A stretch of DNA of 64,000 nucleotides. Source: Selenomonadaceae bacterium. GTDB lineage: Bacteria; Bacillota; Negativicutes; Selenomonadales; Selenomonadaceae. Shown one piece after another: positions 28,830-37,554 of this stretch (the stretch's first letter is position 1; each line of letters begins with the position of its first letter). Position numbers and translations under genes: made by a program. The stretch is from positions 10,125-74,124 of the forward strand of contig JAFVEZ010000047.1 in NCBI GenBank assembly GCA_017475745.1, read 5' to 3'. The notes under the pieces were generated by a model. It was given only the letters and a program-made list of their open reading frames with translations, did not search any database and was not told where the DNA came from.

Positions 28830-30028
28830 AAATTTTTTATTATAAGATCAACTGCTCTTTTGCTAGATTTACCATCTTCCATGACTTCTTCAGTTGTAAA
28901 AAAATCTTCAAGTTTCTTTAAATATTCCTTTTCGTTAAAATTATCTATATCATTGATTAATTGCTCATTTGTACTAGCTACTGGAAATGGAAAGCTGAAA
29001 ATATCACGATATAGCTTGCCACGATCTTTGATATACTTTTCAACATCATCAGCATAAGTAAAAACAGGAATTTTCATAAGTGCTGCGTCCATCATGGCAC
29101 TCGAATAATCAGATATAAAGGCGTCAACGCCTGCCAAATACTCATATAGATCATCTTTAAAACTAATATCTGTGCAAATACTTTTAAGATCATCTGATAT
29201 GTCCATCTTATTGTGTCGCAAGGCTAACTGTGGGTGCAATCTCAATAATATGTGCCATTCTCCACCGAAATGTCTTTCGAGAGCTGATTTTAACAATTTG
29301 TAGTTAAGAGTATCATTTTCTTTATGAACACTTCTAAAGGTACTCTGACTGCCACCACGAAATGTTGGAGCATACATAACTAATTTTACATTAGGCGGCA
29401 AATTTAGCTCTCTACGAATATTTTCATGTTGTTTTTTGACATCATTTATCAAAATATCTGATCGAGGTGCGCCTATCATTACAAAATTTTCATTATAAAA
29501 ACTATTGCTGTACTTCTCCAAAGCGTATTTAGAATTGACTAAAAAACAATCCTCTAAATTTGAATCGTAACGTGTTACAAGTTGAGCAATCTTTGAAAAT
29601 GACTTGCCACGCATTCTTCCAATAGGCTTAATTCCGATCTGTCCATGCCAGGTCTGCATATAAAACTGACCTTTGCGTTTGCGAGTTCCATAATTTTTGC
29701 GAGCATTATCAACCCAAATTTTAGCTGTTGATAAATGATATGCTCGATTCCAAAGAGTATTTTTTACTGCCGTTATCTCTTTTGGAAATTTTTTATTAGT
29801 ATCATTAACAAGCCATATCAATTCATATTTTTCGTCATAATCATTCATTCGACGAATTAACTCTTCAGCGATATACTTGGGACTACAACCATATCCACCG
29901 CCTTCAAAGGCGCTGAAGACGATTTTATTTTTCTTAATTGGTGCCAAGCTGCACAAGCAATATACTGACCAACTAGCAACTGCCTTCAATCGACGATATA
30001 ATATATACAATTCTTCAGAAAGATTCAT
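28826..30028 (-). CDS. CDP-glycerol glycerophosphotransferase (TagB/TagF family)
   Basis: 'MQTWHG', 'VMYAPTFRG', 'ILLRLHPQL' and 'FISDYSSAMMD' are present. Confidence 0.82.
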   Translation of the reverse strand: MNLSEELYILYRRLKAVASWSVYCLCSLAPIKKNKIVFSAFEGGGYGCSPKYIAEELIRRMNDYDEKYELIWLVNDTNKKFPKEITAVKNTLWNRAYHLSTAKIWVDNARKNYGTRKRKGQFYMQTWHGQIGIKPIGRMRGKSFSKIAQLVTRYDSNLEDCFLVNSKYALEKYSNSFYNENFVMIGAPRSDILINDVKKQHENIRRELNLPPNVKLVMYAPTFRGGSQSTFRSVHKENDTLNYKLLKSALERHFGGEWHILLRLHPQLALRHNKMDISDDLKSICTDISFKDDLYEYLAGVDAFISDYSSAMMDAALMKIPVFTYADDVEKYIKDRGKLYRDIFSFPFPVASTNEQLINDIDNFNEKEYLKKLEDFFTTEEVMEDGKSSKRAVDLIIKNL

Positions 30029-30045
30029 GACTAATTCTCCAAATA

Positions 30046-30477
30046 CTAACTAAGACCATCTATACTTTGATTAGAAAGCGGTTTTAATATAGTAGAAGAA
30101 ACATTTGGAGTGTGTGGCAAGTAAACTACAGGAACATTATAAATAGATAAATCCTTTTCAGTTTGAAGCCATCTTTCATTGCCTTTCCAATCGTCTCCAA
30201 TGAATATCGCATTAAATTGGATTTGTTTATAAAGTTCAACTTTATCCAAAGTGTCAACTATTTCACATTTATCTACAGCTTTTAAATTTCGAACAATTTC
30301 TGATCTATCTAACTCATTGATAATGGGTGTCTTTTTCTTATATTGTTCCACAAGTTTATCTGAATTAACCCCAACAATAAGGAACTCACATTGCTCTTTA
30401 GCATGGTTAATTAATCTCAAATGACCGATATGAAACATATCAAAGACACCTTGAGTGTATCCTATTTTATATGTCAT
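30046..30477 (-). CDS. tagD: glycerol-3-phosphate cytidylyltransferase-family protein
   Basis: 'GYTQGVFDMFHIGHLRLI' carries the HxGH motif, and 'TPNVSSTILK' matches the RTxGISTT-like motif. The track ORF is extended 5' to 30567. The ATG at 30477 gives the canonical N-terminus. Confidence 0.8.
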   Translation of the reverse strand: MTYKIGYTQGVFDMFHIGHLRLINHAKEQCEFLIVGVNSDKLVEQYKKKTPIINELDRSEIVRNLKAVDKCEIVDTLDKVELYKQIQFNAIFIGDDWKGNERWLQTEKDLSIYNVPVVYLPHTPNVSSTILKPLSNQSIDGLS

Positions 30478-30508
30478 GTCTTCTCTACACCTAATATTGA
30501 CTTTATTA

Positions 30509-31843
30509 TTAACCTCTTTGATCTTTGAGGAAGTATTCCATTGCCGATGACATAGCAATAGATTCACTTCTTGTCAACTTGAAGTCATTTACACCTCTAT
30601 TGGTAAGCTGCATGAGAAAATCATTAATCTCATACCTCAATCCATCACCCAAGAAAGTTTCACTATATTTTTCAACTTCTCCAGGATTTTCATAATGAAC
30701 TTCAAAATAGGTAGTCTTCCACCAAGGAGCTGTAACTATGATATAACCTTTTGTACCGGAGATTAAGAGTCTACCTTCTGACTTTACTCCTAAACCGCAA
30801 GTAGCAGTTGCGAGTCCTGTTGAGAACTTAAATGAAGCCTTTGTAAAAATATCAATCCCATTTTCGCTCTTAATGGTATCGAATCTTAAATCCTCATATT
30901 CCTCGCCAAACAATTTAAATATAGGAAGCATAACATAGCTGCCCAACTCTAAGAAGCTGCCACCGTAATTGGTGTCAATAAGCTCTCTGTGTTTGGGATC
31001 TTCCAATTTAGTGAAACAAGCTTCAACATTGCGTATGCTGCCGATTTTTCCACTATGAGCAACACCCAAAAGTCTATGGAAGCCTGGACAATAAGCAGTT
31101 TTAATACCTTCCATCAGTATTAAATCTTTCTCTTTAGCATAAGCAAACACTTCTTCTGCTTCAGATTTTTTCAAAACCATAGGCTTTTCACAAAGAACAT
31201 GCTTGCCATGTTCCAAAGAAGTTTTGATATATTCATAGTGAGTTTCATGCGGAGAAGCTATATAGATGACATCAACATCTTTATAAAATTCTTCAAGATC
31301 GGAATATGGATTGATATCCCATTTCTCAGAGAACTTAGCAGCGCTATTTGGGTGAGGGTTATATACACTTTGTACATTAACACCACTGACACTTCTTGCT
31401 TCAACAACAAAACGATTTGCAATGCGACCAGTACCAATTATTCCAATGCGCTGAATATGGCGTTTTTGCTCTCTAAGCATAGTGCTTGAAATATTTTTGG
31501 TGCGTTCAAGATATACAACTTTGCAATAATCATTTATATAGTCGAACTTTCCAATCCAATCCGAACCAACAGTGAAAATATCAATATTATACTTCTTAAT
31601 ATCACTGAACTTTTGTCCGACACTTTCCTCAATGATGATCTCATCAGCAAAGCCAGTTTTCTTCACATTTTCAATTCTTGTCATAAGAGAATCAATAACA
31701 CCTAATTTACCTCTTGCCTTGTCGAAGCTTTCTGTAGTTACGCCGACAATGAGATAATCGCCCAATGCTTTAGCTCTTTGCAAAAGACGATAATGACCCT
31801 CATGGAAAAGATCGAAAGTGCCATAGGTAATTACTTTAATCAT
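30509..31843 (-). CDS. fusion protein: TagD-like cytidylyltransferase (N-terminal) + Gfo/Idh/MocA NAD(P) oxidoreductase (C-terminal)
   Basis: The N-terminal part has 'TYGTFDLFHEGHYRLL' and 'RTKNISSTMLR'. The C-terminal part has 'IGIIGTGRIANRF', 'IYIASPHETHYE' and 'GKHVLCEKPM'. Confidence 0.8.
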   Translation of the reverse strand: MIKVITYGTFDLFHEGHYRLLQRAKALGDYLIVGVTTESFDKARGKLGVIDSLMTRIENVKKTGFADEIIIEESVGQKFSDIKKYNIDIFTVGSDWIGKFDYINDYCKVVYLERTKNISSTMLREQKRHIQRIGIIGTGRIANRFVVEARSVSGVNVQSVYNPHPNSAAKFSEKWDINPYSDLEEFYKDVDVIYIASPHETHYEYIKTSLEHGKHVLCEKPMVLKKSEAEEVFAYAKEKDLILMEGIKTAYCPGFHRLLGVAHSGKIGSIRNVEACFTKLEDPKHRELIDTNYGGSFLELGSYVMLPIFKLFGEEYEDLRFDTIKSENGIDIFTKASFKFSTGLATATCGLGVKSEGRLLISGTKGYIIVTAPWWKTTYFEVHYENPGEVEKYSETFLGDGLRYEINDFLMQLTNRGVNDFKLTRSESIAMSSAMEYFLKDQRG

Positions 31844-31849
31844 ATTATA

Positions 31850-34117
31850 TTAACTCCTCTTTTCCTCTAATTTTTGTTTGACGAATTGATAAATTTTTTC
31901 TCCGGCTCTTCCGTCCATACTAGCATTAAATTTTCTGTATGTTTCTAATTGCGTTTCTCTATCAAATTTTTTACCGGGCAATTTATTATCTAAAAGTTTT
32001 TTCAAAGTTTGAAATGTTCCTTCATAGCAACCATATGGTTCCCATTCTGTTCGTGCTTTAAATCCACTAGAATATCGTACAACTTCTTCCATATCGAAAG
32101 TAATGTCGATCTTATCAAAGGTTTTGGATTTTAAATCAAACTTATAACACTGTCTATCTGAAGACAAATACCAGAAGAATACTTCATCTTTATCGGGCAA
32201 ATATTTAAACATACCTGTATTTGTGTAACTAAAATAACCATTTTTTATTTTGAATGAAACCTCAAATGGTGTCTCCCACTCTTGTATATGACCTGTTTTT
32301 TTGTCGAGTCTGACGAACATATTACCCCAATATGGAACTAGAAATACCTCATTTTCATCACATATTGCACTCGCAAAAGGTCGCTCATTACAAACAATTC
32401 CTTGTGGAATCATTTGACACTGAAAACCTTGTGGAAGCCCAGAGTATTCTGTAACAGTTCCATCTGTCATATTTAATCTTGTAATAGTTTTTCCTAAATA
32501 TGGCAGAAGCCAAAAAGTTTCACCATCAGGCACCATTGATATAAATCCGCCTTTTGTCGGCTTTTGTGAAGGTAATGTTATATACTGCATTTCGGTAGTT
32601 TCTATATTTACAATCAAAACCGCTCTTTTATTTGGTGAGACAAGAAGCAAATTACCATTCCAAATGCCATATGAATCACGATAAGCATAAGAAGGATTGG
32701 GTTGTACGAAAAAGTCATTAAATCCAGAAATATATTTAATTTCATCATTATGAATATTGTAACGCACCAAATAAGGATAATTATTAGGCACGATGAATAC
32801 ATAATCACCAATATGAATAACTTCTGAGAAAAGATGACGACGATTGTCATTTTGAACTTTTTTCAGTGGGATTTTACGTTCTACTTTGTGATCGCCTATA
32901 ACTAATATATCTTGAGCGTAATATGGAAAAACTAAAACTTTTCTATTAATTTCTAATACATGTTTATAATAATTTCCAGCACCATAATCAGAAAGCGTAC
33001 AATAATAATTATAATGATAGTTAGAATCTGAGGATTTATAGAGTTTATTACCTTGTGTTATAATCCAATTTTTACATTCAGGATGGAATACTCTAATAAA
33101 TATATGTTTTTTATCGTCTTCTGTTGGTAAAGTATTTATATTATTATTCAAGAAAAAAGATGGTTTTCCTGCTACACCAAAAAGAGAAGTTACACTGGTT
33201 TTGATGCCTCCTATATATACATCTGAAATAGCTATAGATTTATCAATATCGGCAGTATCATCATATATTCCTATATCATTTTCTATGAAGTACTGTTTAA
33301 GTTGATTGTAAGCAGTTTGAGCTTCTTGACGCATTGAACCTAAAGTTGCATTTATTAAAGGGTGAGGACGCCATAATAAACAAGCATCATCTCTGCCGGA
33401 AAAAGTTTCAAATACATAACGCATCTTTAATAAAAATCTTTCGGTATCTTGGAGTAATCCGCTCAAACTGGTATTATAGAAGTACACTTTTCTTCCATTT
33501 ATCTTTTCTTTCCATTCTTCTGGAGCTTCAGGTGGATTTTGACACATTTGAATAACTCTATCAAACTTTGGCGACCCAAGTGGTTGGAGTTTTTCAACAG
33601 GAATAGAAGGATCAAAAAATGACCTCATTGCTTCAGATTGGATCATTATGTAATCAGAATTATCATATGAAGGCATGTACTTTTGACCTTCAGACATCAA
33701 ACCTGTAGTAGCATAATAAGGTACATAAATTAGTAATTTCGTCAAGAGTTTCAAATTAGATGAATAGAAAGAAGCGTCAACAGAAGTTACAAGATTATAA
33801 TTGTCATAAGGATTGTGAATGAATATTACATCAGGTTTTAACTTCTTGAGATCGACTTTTTTGTAGTCCAAAACAGGAACATCTTTTGGAAATGAGTCTA
33901 TCTCACAATGCCATTTTGCAACTTTTCTATCTGGTGTGAGGTCTGCATAAGGTATAGGGATAACATAAGTATTGCAATATTCTTTATCCTCAAAAGCTGC
34001 TTGCCAAATACTCTCCAAAGAATCCCACATAGAAGCTTTGTATGGAAGAAAGACTATATTTTTTTTGATGTATTTTGAACTTTTGAAACTTTTAAACCTA
34101 CTTTTTATTTTTGCCAT
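31850..34117 (-). CDS. TagF-like glycerophosphotransferase-like domain fused to a 6-7 bladed beta-propeller-like C-terminal region
   Basis: The N-terminal half has 'LLWRPHPL' and 'ISDVY', which parallel the RLHP and SDYSS motifs of the two TagF paralogues. The C-terminal half has blades of about 45-50 aa ('..(V/F)(F/W)(L/I)(V/L)P(Y/N).....(V/I).R(L/Y)(N/D)'). Confidence 0.5.
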   Translation of the reverse strand: MAKIKSRFKSFKSSKYIKKNIVFLPYKASMWDSLESIWQAAFEDKEYCNTYVIPIPYADLTPDRKVAKWHCEIDSFPKDVPVLDYKKVDLKKLKPDVIFIHNPYDNYNLVTSVDASFYSSNLKLLTKLLIYVPYYATTGLMSEGQKYMPSYDNSDYIMIQSEAMRSFFDPSIPVEKLQPLGSPKFDRVIQMCQNPPEAPEEWKEKINGRKVYFYNTSLSGLLQDTERFLLKMRYVFETFSGRDDACLLWRPHPLINATLGSMRQEAQTAYNQLKQYFIENDIGIYDDTADIDKSIAISDVYIGGIKTSVTSLFGVAGKPSFFLNNNINTLPTEDDKKHIFIRVFHPECKNWIITQGNKLYKSSDSNYHYNYYCTLSDYGAGNYYKHVLEINRKVLVFPYYAQDILVIGDHKVERKIPLKKVQNDNRRHLFSEVIHIGDYVFIVPNNYPYLVRYNIHNDEIKYISGFNDFFVQPNPSYAYRDSYGIWNGNLLLVSPNKRAVLIVNIETTEMQYITLPSQKPTKGGFISMVPDGETFWLLPYLGKTITRLNMTDGTVTEYSGLPQGFQCQMIPQGIVCNERPFASAICDENEVFLVPYWGNMFVRLDKKTGHIQEWETPFEVSFKIKNGYFSYTNTGMFKYLPDKDEVFFWYLSSDRQCYKFDLKSKTFDKIDITFDMEEVVRYSSGFKARTEWEPYGCYEGTFQTLKKLLDNKLPGKKFDRETQLETYRKFNASMDGRAGEKIYQFVKQKLEEKRS

Positions 34118-34149
34118 TTTTAGGGTGTTCCTTTCATAAGCATATTACT

Positions 34150-34178
34150 TTTATATCAAAACCCTCAATGAGTGTCAA
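34150..34178 (-). promoter_or_regulatory. predicted promoter of the glycan locus
   Basis: The minus strand reads TTGACA-N17-TATAAA, immediately after the stop of the upstream coiled-coil gene. There is no intervening terminator. Confidence 0.5.
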
Positions 34179-34181
34179 GAT

Positions 34182-35264
34182 TTACTGGATTTTCTCAGAA
34201 ATCTTTTCAAGTACCTTGACATCTTGTTCACTGAGTATGGTGTACTGTTCCAATGCGGTTTTCATTAATCCATTGTATGCGTCTATTTTAGTTGTAAGTT
34301 TAATAATGTCATCTTTCATGGTCTTGATTGCGGTAGTAACATCAATGGCAGCTTTGTTGACATTGTTATTGAGGTCAATTACCTGTTCATTCGTTTGTGA
34401 AATTCCTTCAGAGATATTTCTATTTACTTCACTGAGATTATCTACACTAGAGGTCATTGAATTTCCACTCTCGGATATATAATCTTTCATATCCCTCAAA
34501 TCGGATAGCTTTTCTGATGCCTCAATCATTGAGATTTTAATATCATCAAGCATATTCAGTTTTTCTAAGGTATCAAGCTTGTCTAATTTGTCCATTTTTT
34601 CGTTTAGAGTTTCCATTGTTTTACTGAGTTGTGTCAAATCTTTTGCAAATGGCGGAGCTTTTAACATCTGCCCAATCACTTGCATTAGTTTTAAACCTGT
34701 TTGAACTGTAGTTTGAGAGGATTCTGTAAGCTCGTTAAGTTTATTAGAATTTTCCTCAAGAGTATTGAATTTTTCTTCAAAGTCTGACATCTTTTCTATC
34801 GTCACTTTTAGCAATTTTGTTTCAGCTTCTGAGTTTTCAGCTAATTTTTGCAAAACTTCTTGATTAGATTTTGAATTCTCAACTAAAATATTTATTACTG
34901 TCTTTAGCTCTGAATTTGATTCTGCAATTTCCATTAGGGTATCGAGTCTGTCTAGTTTATCTCGAATTACTTGAAGTTCCTCTTCCAATCTGTCTGAGCC
35001 ATTACTTATCGCTCTTATTATGGCTTCATCAGAATTATCGCCATCACCCAATTTGTGTCGAAGTTGCTGGAATTGTATCTCTAGGCGCTGATGATTTTCT
35101 TCCTGCGCCATTGCTGCTTGCATTATACTTTTTTTGACAAAGAATGCCGAAATGATAGCACAAAGTGCGCCTATACCGATACCTATCACTTCATCGCCTT
35201 TTATTAAGGCACCTATACTCACTAAGGCAAAGAATACTGCTCCTGCCGTTGAGTTTTCGTTCAT
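34182..35264 (-). CDS. membrane-anchored long coiled-coil protein (unknown function)
   Basis: The N-terminus has hydrophobic segments 'GAVFFALVSIGALI' and 'VIGIGIGALCAIISAFFV'. About 300 aa of heptad-like helical sequence follow ('KLDKLDTLEKLNMLDD'). Its start overlaps the upstream stop (ATGA). Confidence 0.6.
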   Translation of the reverse strand: MNENSTAGAVFFALVSIGALIKGDEVIGIGIGALCAIISAFFVKKSIMQAAMAQEENHQRLEIQFQQLRHKLGDGDNSDEAIIRAISNGSDRLEEELQVIRDKLDRLDTLMEIAESNSELKTVINILVENSKSNQEVLQKLAENSEAETKLLKVTIEKMSDFEEKFNTLEENSNKLNELTESSQTTVQTGLKLMQVIGQMLKAPPFAKDLTQLSKTMETLNEKMDKLDKLDTLEKLNMLDDIKISMIEASEKLSDLRDMKDYISESGNSMTSSVDNLSEVNRNISEGISQTNEQVIDLNNNVNKAAIDVTTAIKTMKDDIIKLTTKIDAYNGLMKTALEQYTILSEQDVKVLEKISEKIQ

Positions 35265-36361
35265 TTTATCATTCCTCTCAATTTATCAATATGCTCCTCA
35301 AGTTCACCCTTAACTGTTTCCAGAACTTCGTTGCAGACAAAGTGCTCATATCTATCAAGAAATTCTTCTTTTATGCCGTAGAAGCGACCACCTGGCCTAT
35401 CAACTAACGATAAGTAAATGTGTTCGCTGCCGGACTCATCATTGTTCAAGAAGTTGTGATATTTTTTTGGTGACATCATATACTGAACGAATCGATCATA
35501 TAACTTTTCCTTCAACTGATTCAGATCAACTTCTACATTCCAGATAAAAGCCGCGAGATTTTTTCCTTGCTCATTAGGATTGTATAAGATTTTTCTATAA
35601 AGGTCAATAGCCTCATATATGCCTGCCCTAATGTTTTTGGTTTTTGGGAATAGGACCTTCTGAGCAGCTTCATTATAACACTTCCAAATGTGAGGGCGGC
35701 CTTTGACATTATCAAAGGAAGTTATCTGGGATTTAACCGAAGGATTTAAACAACCGCTAGTTCTCCAATTTTCAATATACTCTGTATAGTATTCACCGCA
35801 TAAATTTACCTGATTGCGAATTTCCTTCAATTCGTGTTCAATGCGGCGTCTCAAATCAGTCACCAAAGGTCTGTGCCAATGCAAGACTTCTAGTACATCT
35901 GTCTCACTTCTTGCGGCAATCACGTCGCGTCCTTTTCTTTTCAAAACAGCCATTCGATTTGCGGCATCAATAATGGGTTCATAGTCAATATCATCTAGCA
36001 AGTCCATAAGCACAAATAAGGTCATCGGTTCATTTCTACCAAACTCTAAAAGATTTGCCAGATTTTCCGTTGATTCTCTGCCAAGTGGATGAGTTTCAAA
36101 CAATGTACATTTATCAAACTTCTTTAAATCAAAATGTAAATCTTCTCCGTAAGTTGGAACAAATACTTCCATACCAGGCAGCATATTGTATGTTGTCACA
36201 ATTAGTGCCGATTCTTCCTCTTGCAGATTGTATTTGACGGTATCATATTTTATCAATATGGTCTTTTGTCCTTGCCCTGGCAAGTCTTTTAAAGATATCT
36301 TCAAAAGCCAGCATACGAAGAGCCATCTTGAATCGTCACCGAGAAATATCCATTTGATCAT
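35261..36361 (-). CDS. cytoplasmic hypothetical protein (alpha/beta N-terminal half, helical C-terminal half)
   Basis: GAGGGG lies 5 nt before the ATG at 36361 (MIKWIFLGDD...). I recognise no family signature. Confidence 0.55.
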   Translation of the reverse strand: MIKWIFLGDDSRWLFVCWLLKISLKDLPGQGQKTILIKYDTVKYNLQEEESALIVTTYNMLPGMEVFVPTYGEDLHFDLKKFDKCTLFETHPLGRESTENLANLLEFGRNEPMTLFVLMDLLDDIDYEPIIDAANRMAVLKRKGRDVIAARSETDVLEVLHWHRPLVTDLRRRIEHELKEIRNQVNLCGEYYTEYIENWRTSGCLNPSVKSQITSFDNVKGRPHIWKCYNEAAQKVLFPKTKNIRAGIYEAIDLYRKILYNPNEQGKNLAAFIWNVEVDLNQLKEKLYDRFVQYMMSPKKYHNFLNNDESGSEHIYLSLVDRPGGRFYGIKEEFLDRYEHFVCNEVLETVKGELEEHIDKLRGMIK

Positions 36362-36384
36362 CTGCACCCCTCACTCAATGAAAA

Positions 36385-37416
36385 TTATTTTATAAAGCTG
36401 AAATGTTCTTTTAAATCGGATTCTTCTTCAGAATTCTGTACATTGATAAATCCTGCACGAAGTGTCCTTAATTTGTCAGTTGTATTGTGATGCTCTTTAT
36501 TGATGTCGAAGATCATATCAGCTATAGCATTATTAAATTTCACCATTAGTCCAAAAATTCCTGTCTCACGCTTTTCGGCTAAACTGTTATTGACAATCTT
36601 AATTTCTTGCTGCAGCCATTCTTTTGTGAGGTTGTCAACATCTTCGGCACCTCTTGGAATATTCACCCTAGAAAGACCCTGCTTGATTTCAGTTAATCCT
36701 CTATTGTATTGCTTTAATTGGTCGATATTAGCTTGAGAGAGGTCTCTGGGTATTCTGAAGTGTTCTCTTACAAAGCGACTTAAAGTCAAAACATCTGTAT
36801 CTTCATTTTGAAAATATTGATTTACGGCCATAGTATCTATATTACTAAATAAATCTTTCTCTGTTGTTGACTCCAATGAATCTGATGATTGCTCACTTTT
36901 ATCCAAATTATCTGTCTGATTTACTGATTGCTCCATTTTAATGGTTTGTTCATTTACTTTGGAAGTTTTGTTTGGTTCGGTGTATTGAATTGCTATAAAA
37001 CAAATGAAAGCTATAACTGCAAGTGCCATTGAACCGACGAATAAATGAGCAGACAGACGGCGAAAAGTCAACAATGACAACGTAAAGAGTGCTGCAAGTC
37101 CAAAGGCTCCGTACATAGTCACAGGCTGCAGAACATTGACGATATCATAGATTTTTATTTTAGATTCAGTACTGAGAATAGGTCGGGCAGTTGACCAATA
37201 ATCATTCCAATTTTGATCCCAAGTAGATTGATAAACTATAGATAAATATGCCAATCCCAAAAGTATCAGTGAGATAGTAGAAAACAGCCATACCATGTAG
37301 GGTTTAGCCTGAACTTTTTTCTTGATACCTTTTCGTAGCTCGTTGAAGGCTGAAAATGCACTGTAAATGAAAAATATTGATAATATCACCAACATTGTGG
37401 CGATTACATAAAACAT
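36385..37416 (-). CDS. 4-TM membrane protein with a low-complexity linker and an unassigned soluble C-terminal domain
   Basis: There are four hydrophobic helices in the first 150 aa or so. An S/T/E/Q-rich linker follows, then a domain of about 150 aa. AGGAG lies 9 nt before the ATG. Confidence 0.6.
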   Translation of the reverse strand: MFYVIATMLVILSIFFIYSAFSAFNELRKGIKKKVQAKPYMVWLFSTISLILLGLAYLSIVYQSTWDQNWNDYWSTARPILSTESKIKIYDIVNVLQPVTMYGAFGLAALFTLSLLTFRRLSAHLFVGSMALAVIAFICFIAIQYTEPNKTSKVNEQTIKMEQSVNQTDNLDKSEQSSDSLESTTEKDLFSNIDTMAVNQYFQNEDTDVLTLSRFVREHFRIPRDLSQANIDQLKQYNRGLTEIKQGLSRVNIPRGAEDVDNLTKEWLQQEIKIVNNSLAEKRETGIFGLMVKFNNAIADMIFDINKEHHNTTDKLRTLRAGFINVQNSEEESDLKEHFSFIK

Positions 37417-37454
37417 AAGATTTTACTCCTAAAATTAACTTGACTTATCTGTAT

Positions 37455-37483
37455 ATTTTAATCCAATTATTAAGAAAGTGCAA
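37455..37483 (-). promoter_or_regulatory. predicted promoter of the three-gene unknown operon
   Basis: The minus strand reads TTGCAC-N17-TAAAAT, directly after the terminator of the 3D-domain gene. Confidence 0.5.
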
Positions 37484-37486
37484 ATG

Positions 37487-37524
37487 TAAAAATTAAAGGC
37501 ACCTCTCAATGATAAGAGATGCCT
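37487..37524 (-). terminator. intrinsic terminator of the 3D-domain gene
   Basis: The minus strand has stem AGGCATCTCT/AGAGGTGCCT (one G-U pair) followed by TTTAATTTTT. Confidence 0.65.
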
Positions 37525-37554
37525 ATATATATATATCAACTCACAATATCTTTA

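Noticed and set aside
37524-37538. A (TA)7 microsatellite as a phase-variation switch.
   Set aside because: It lies between the stop codon and the terminator of the 3D-domain gene. It is not in a promoter spacer or a coding frame, so length changes would have no obvious regulatory effect.
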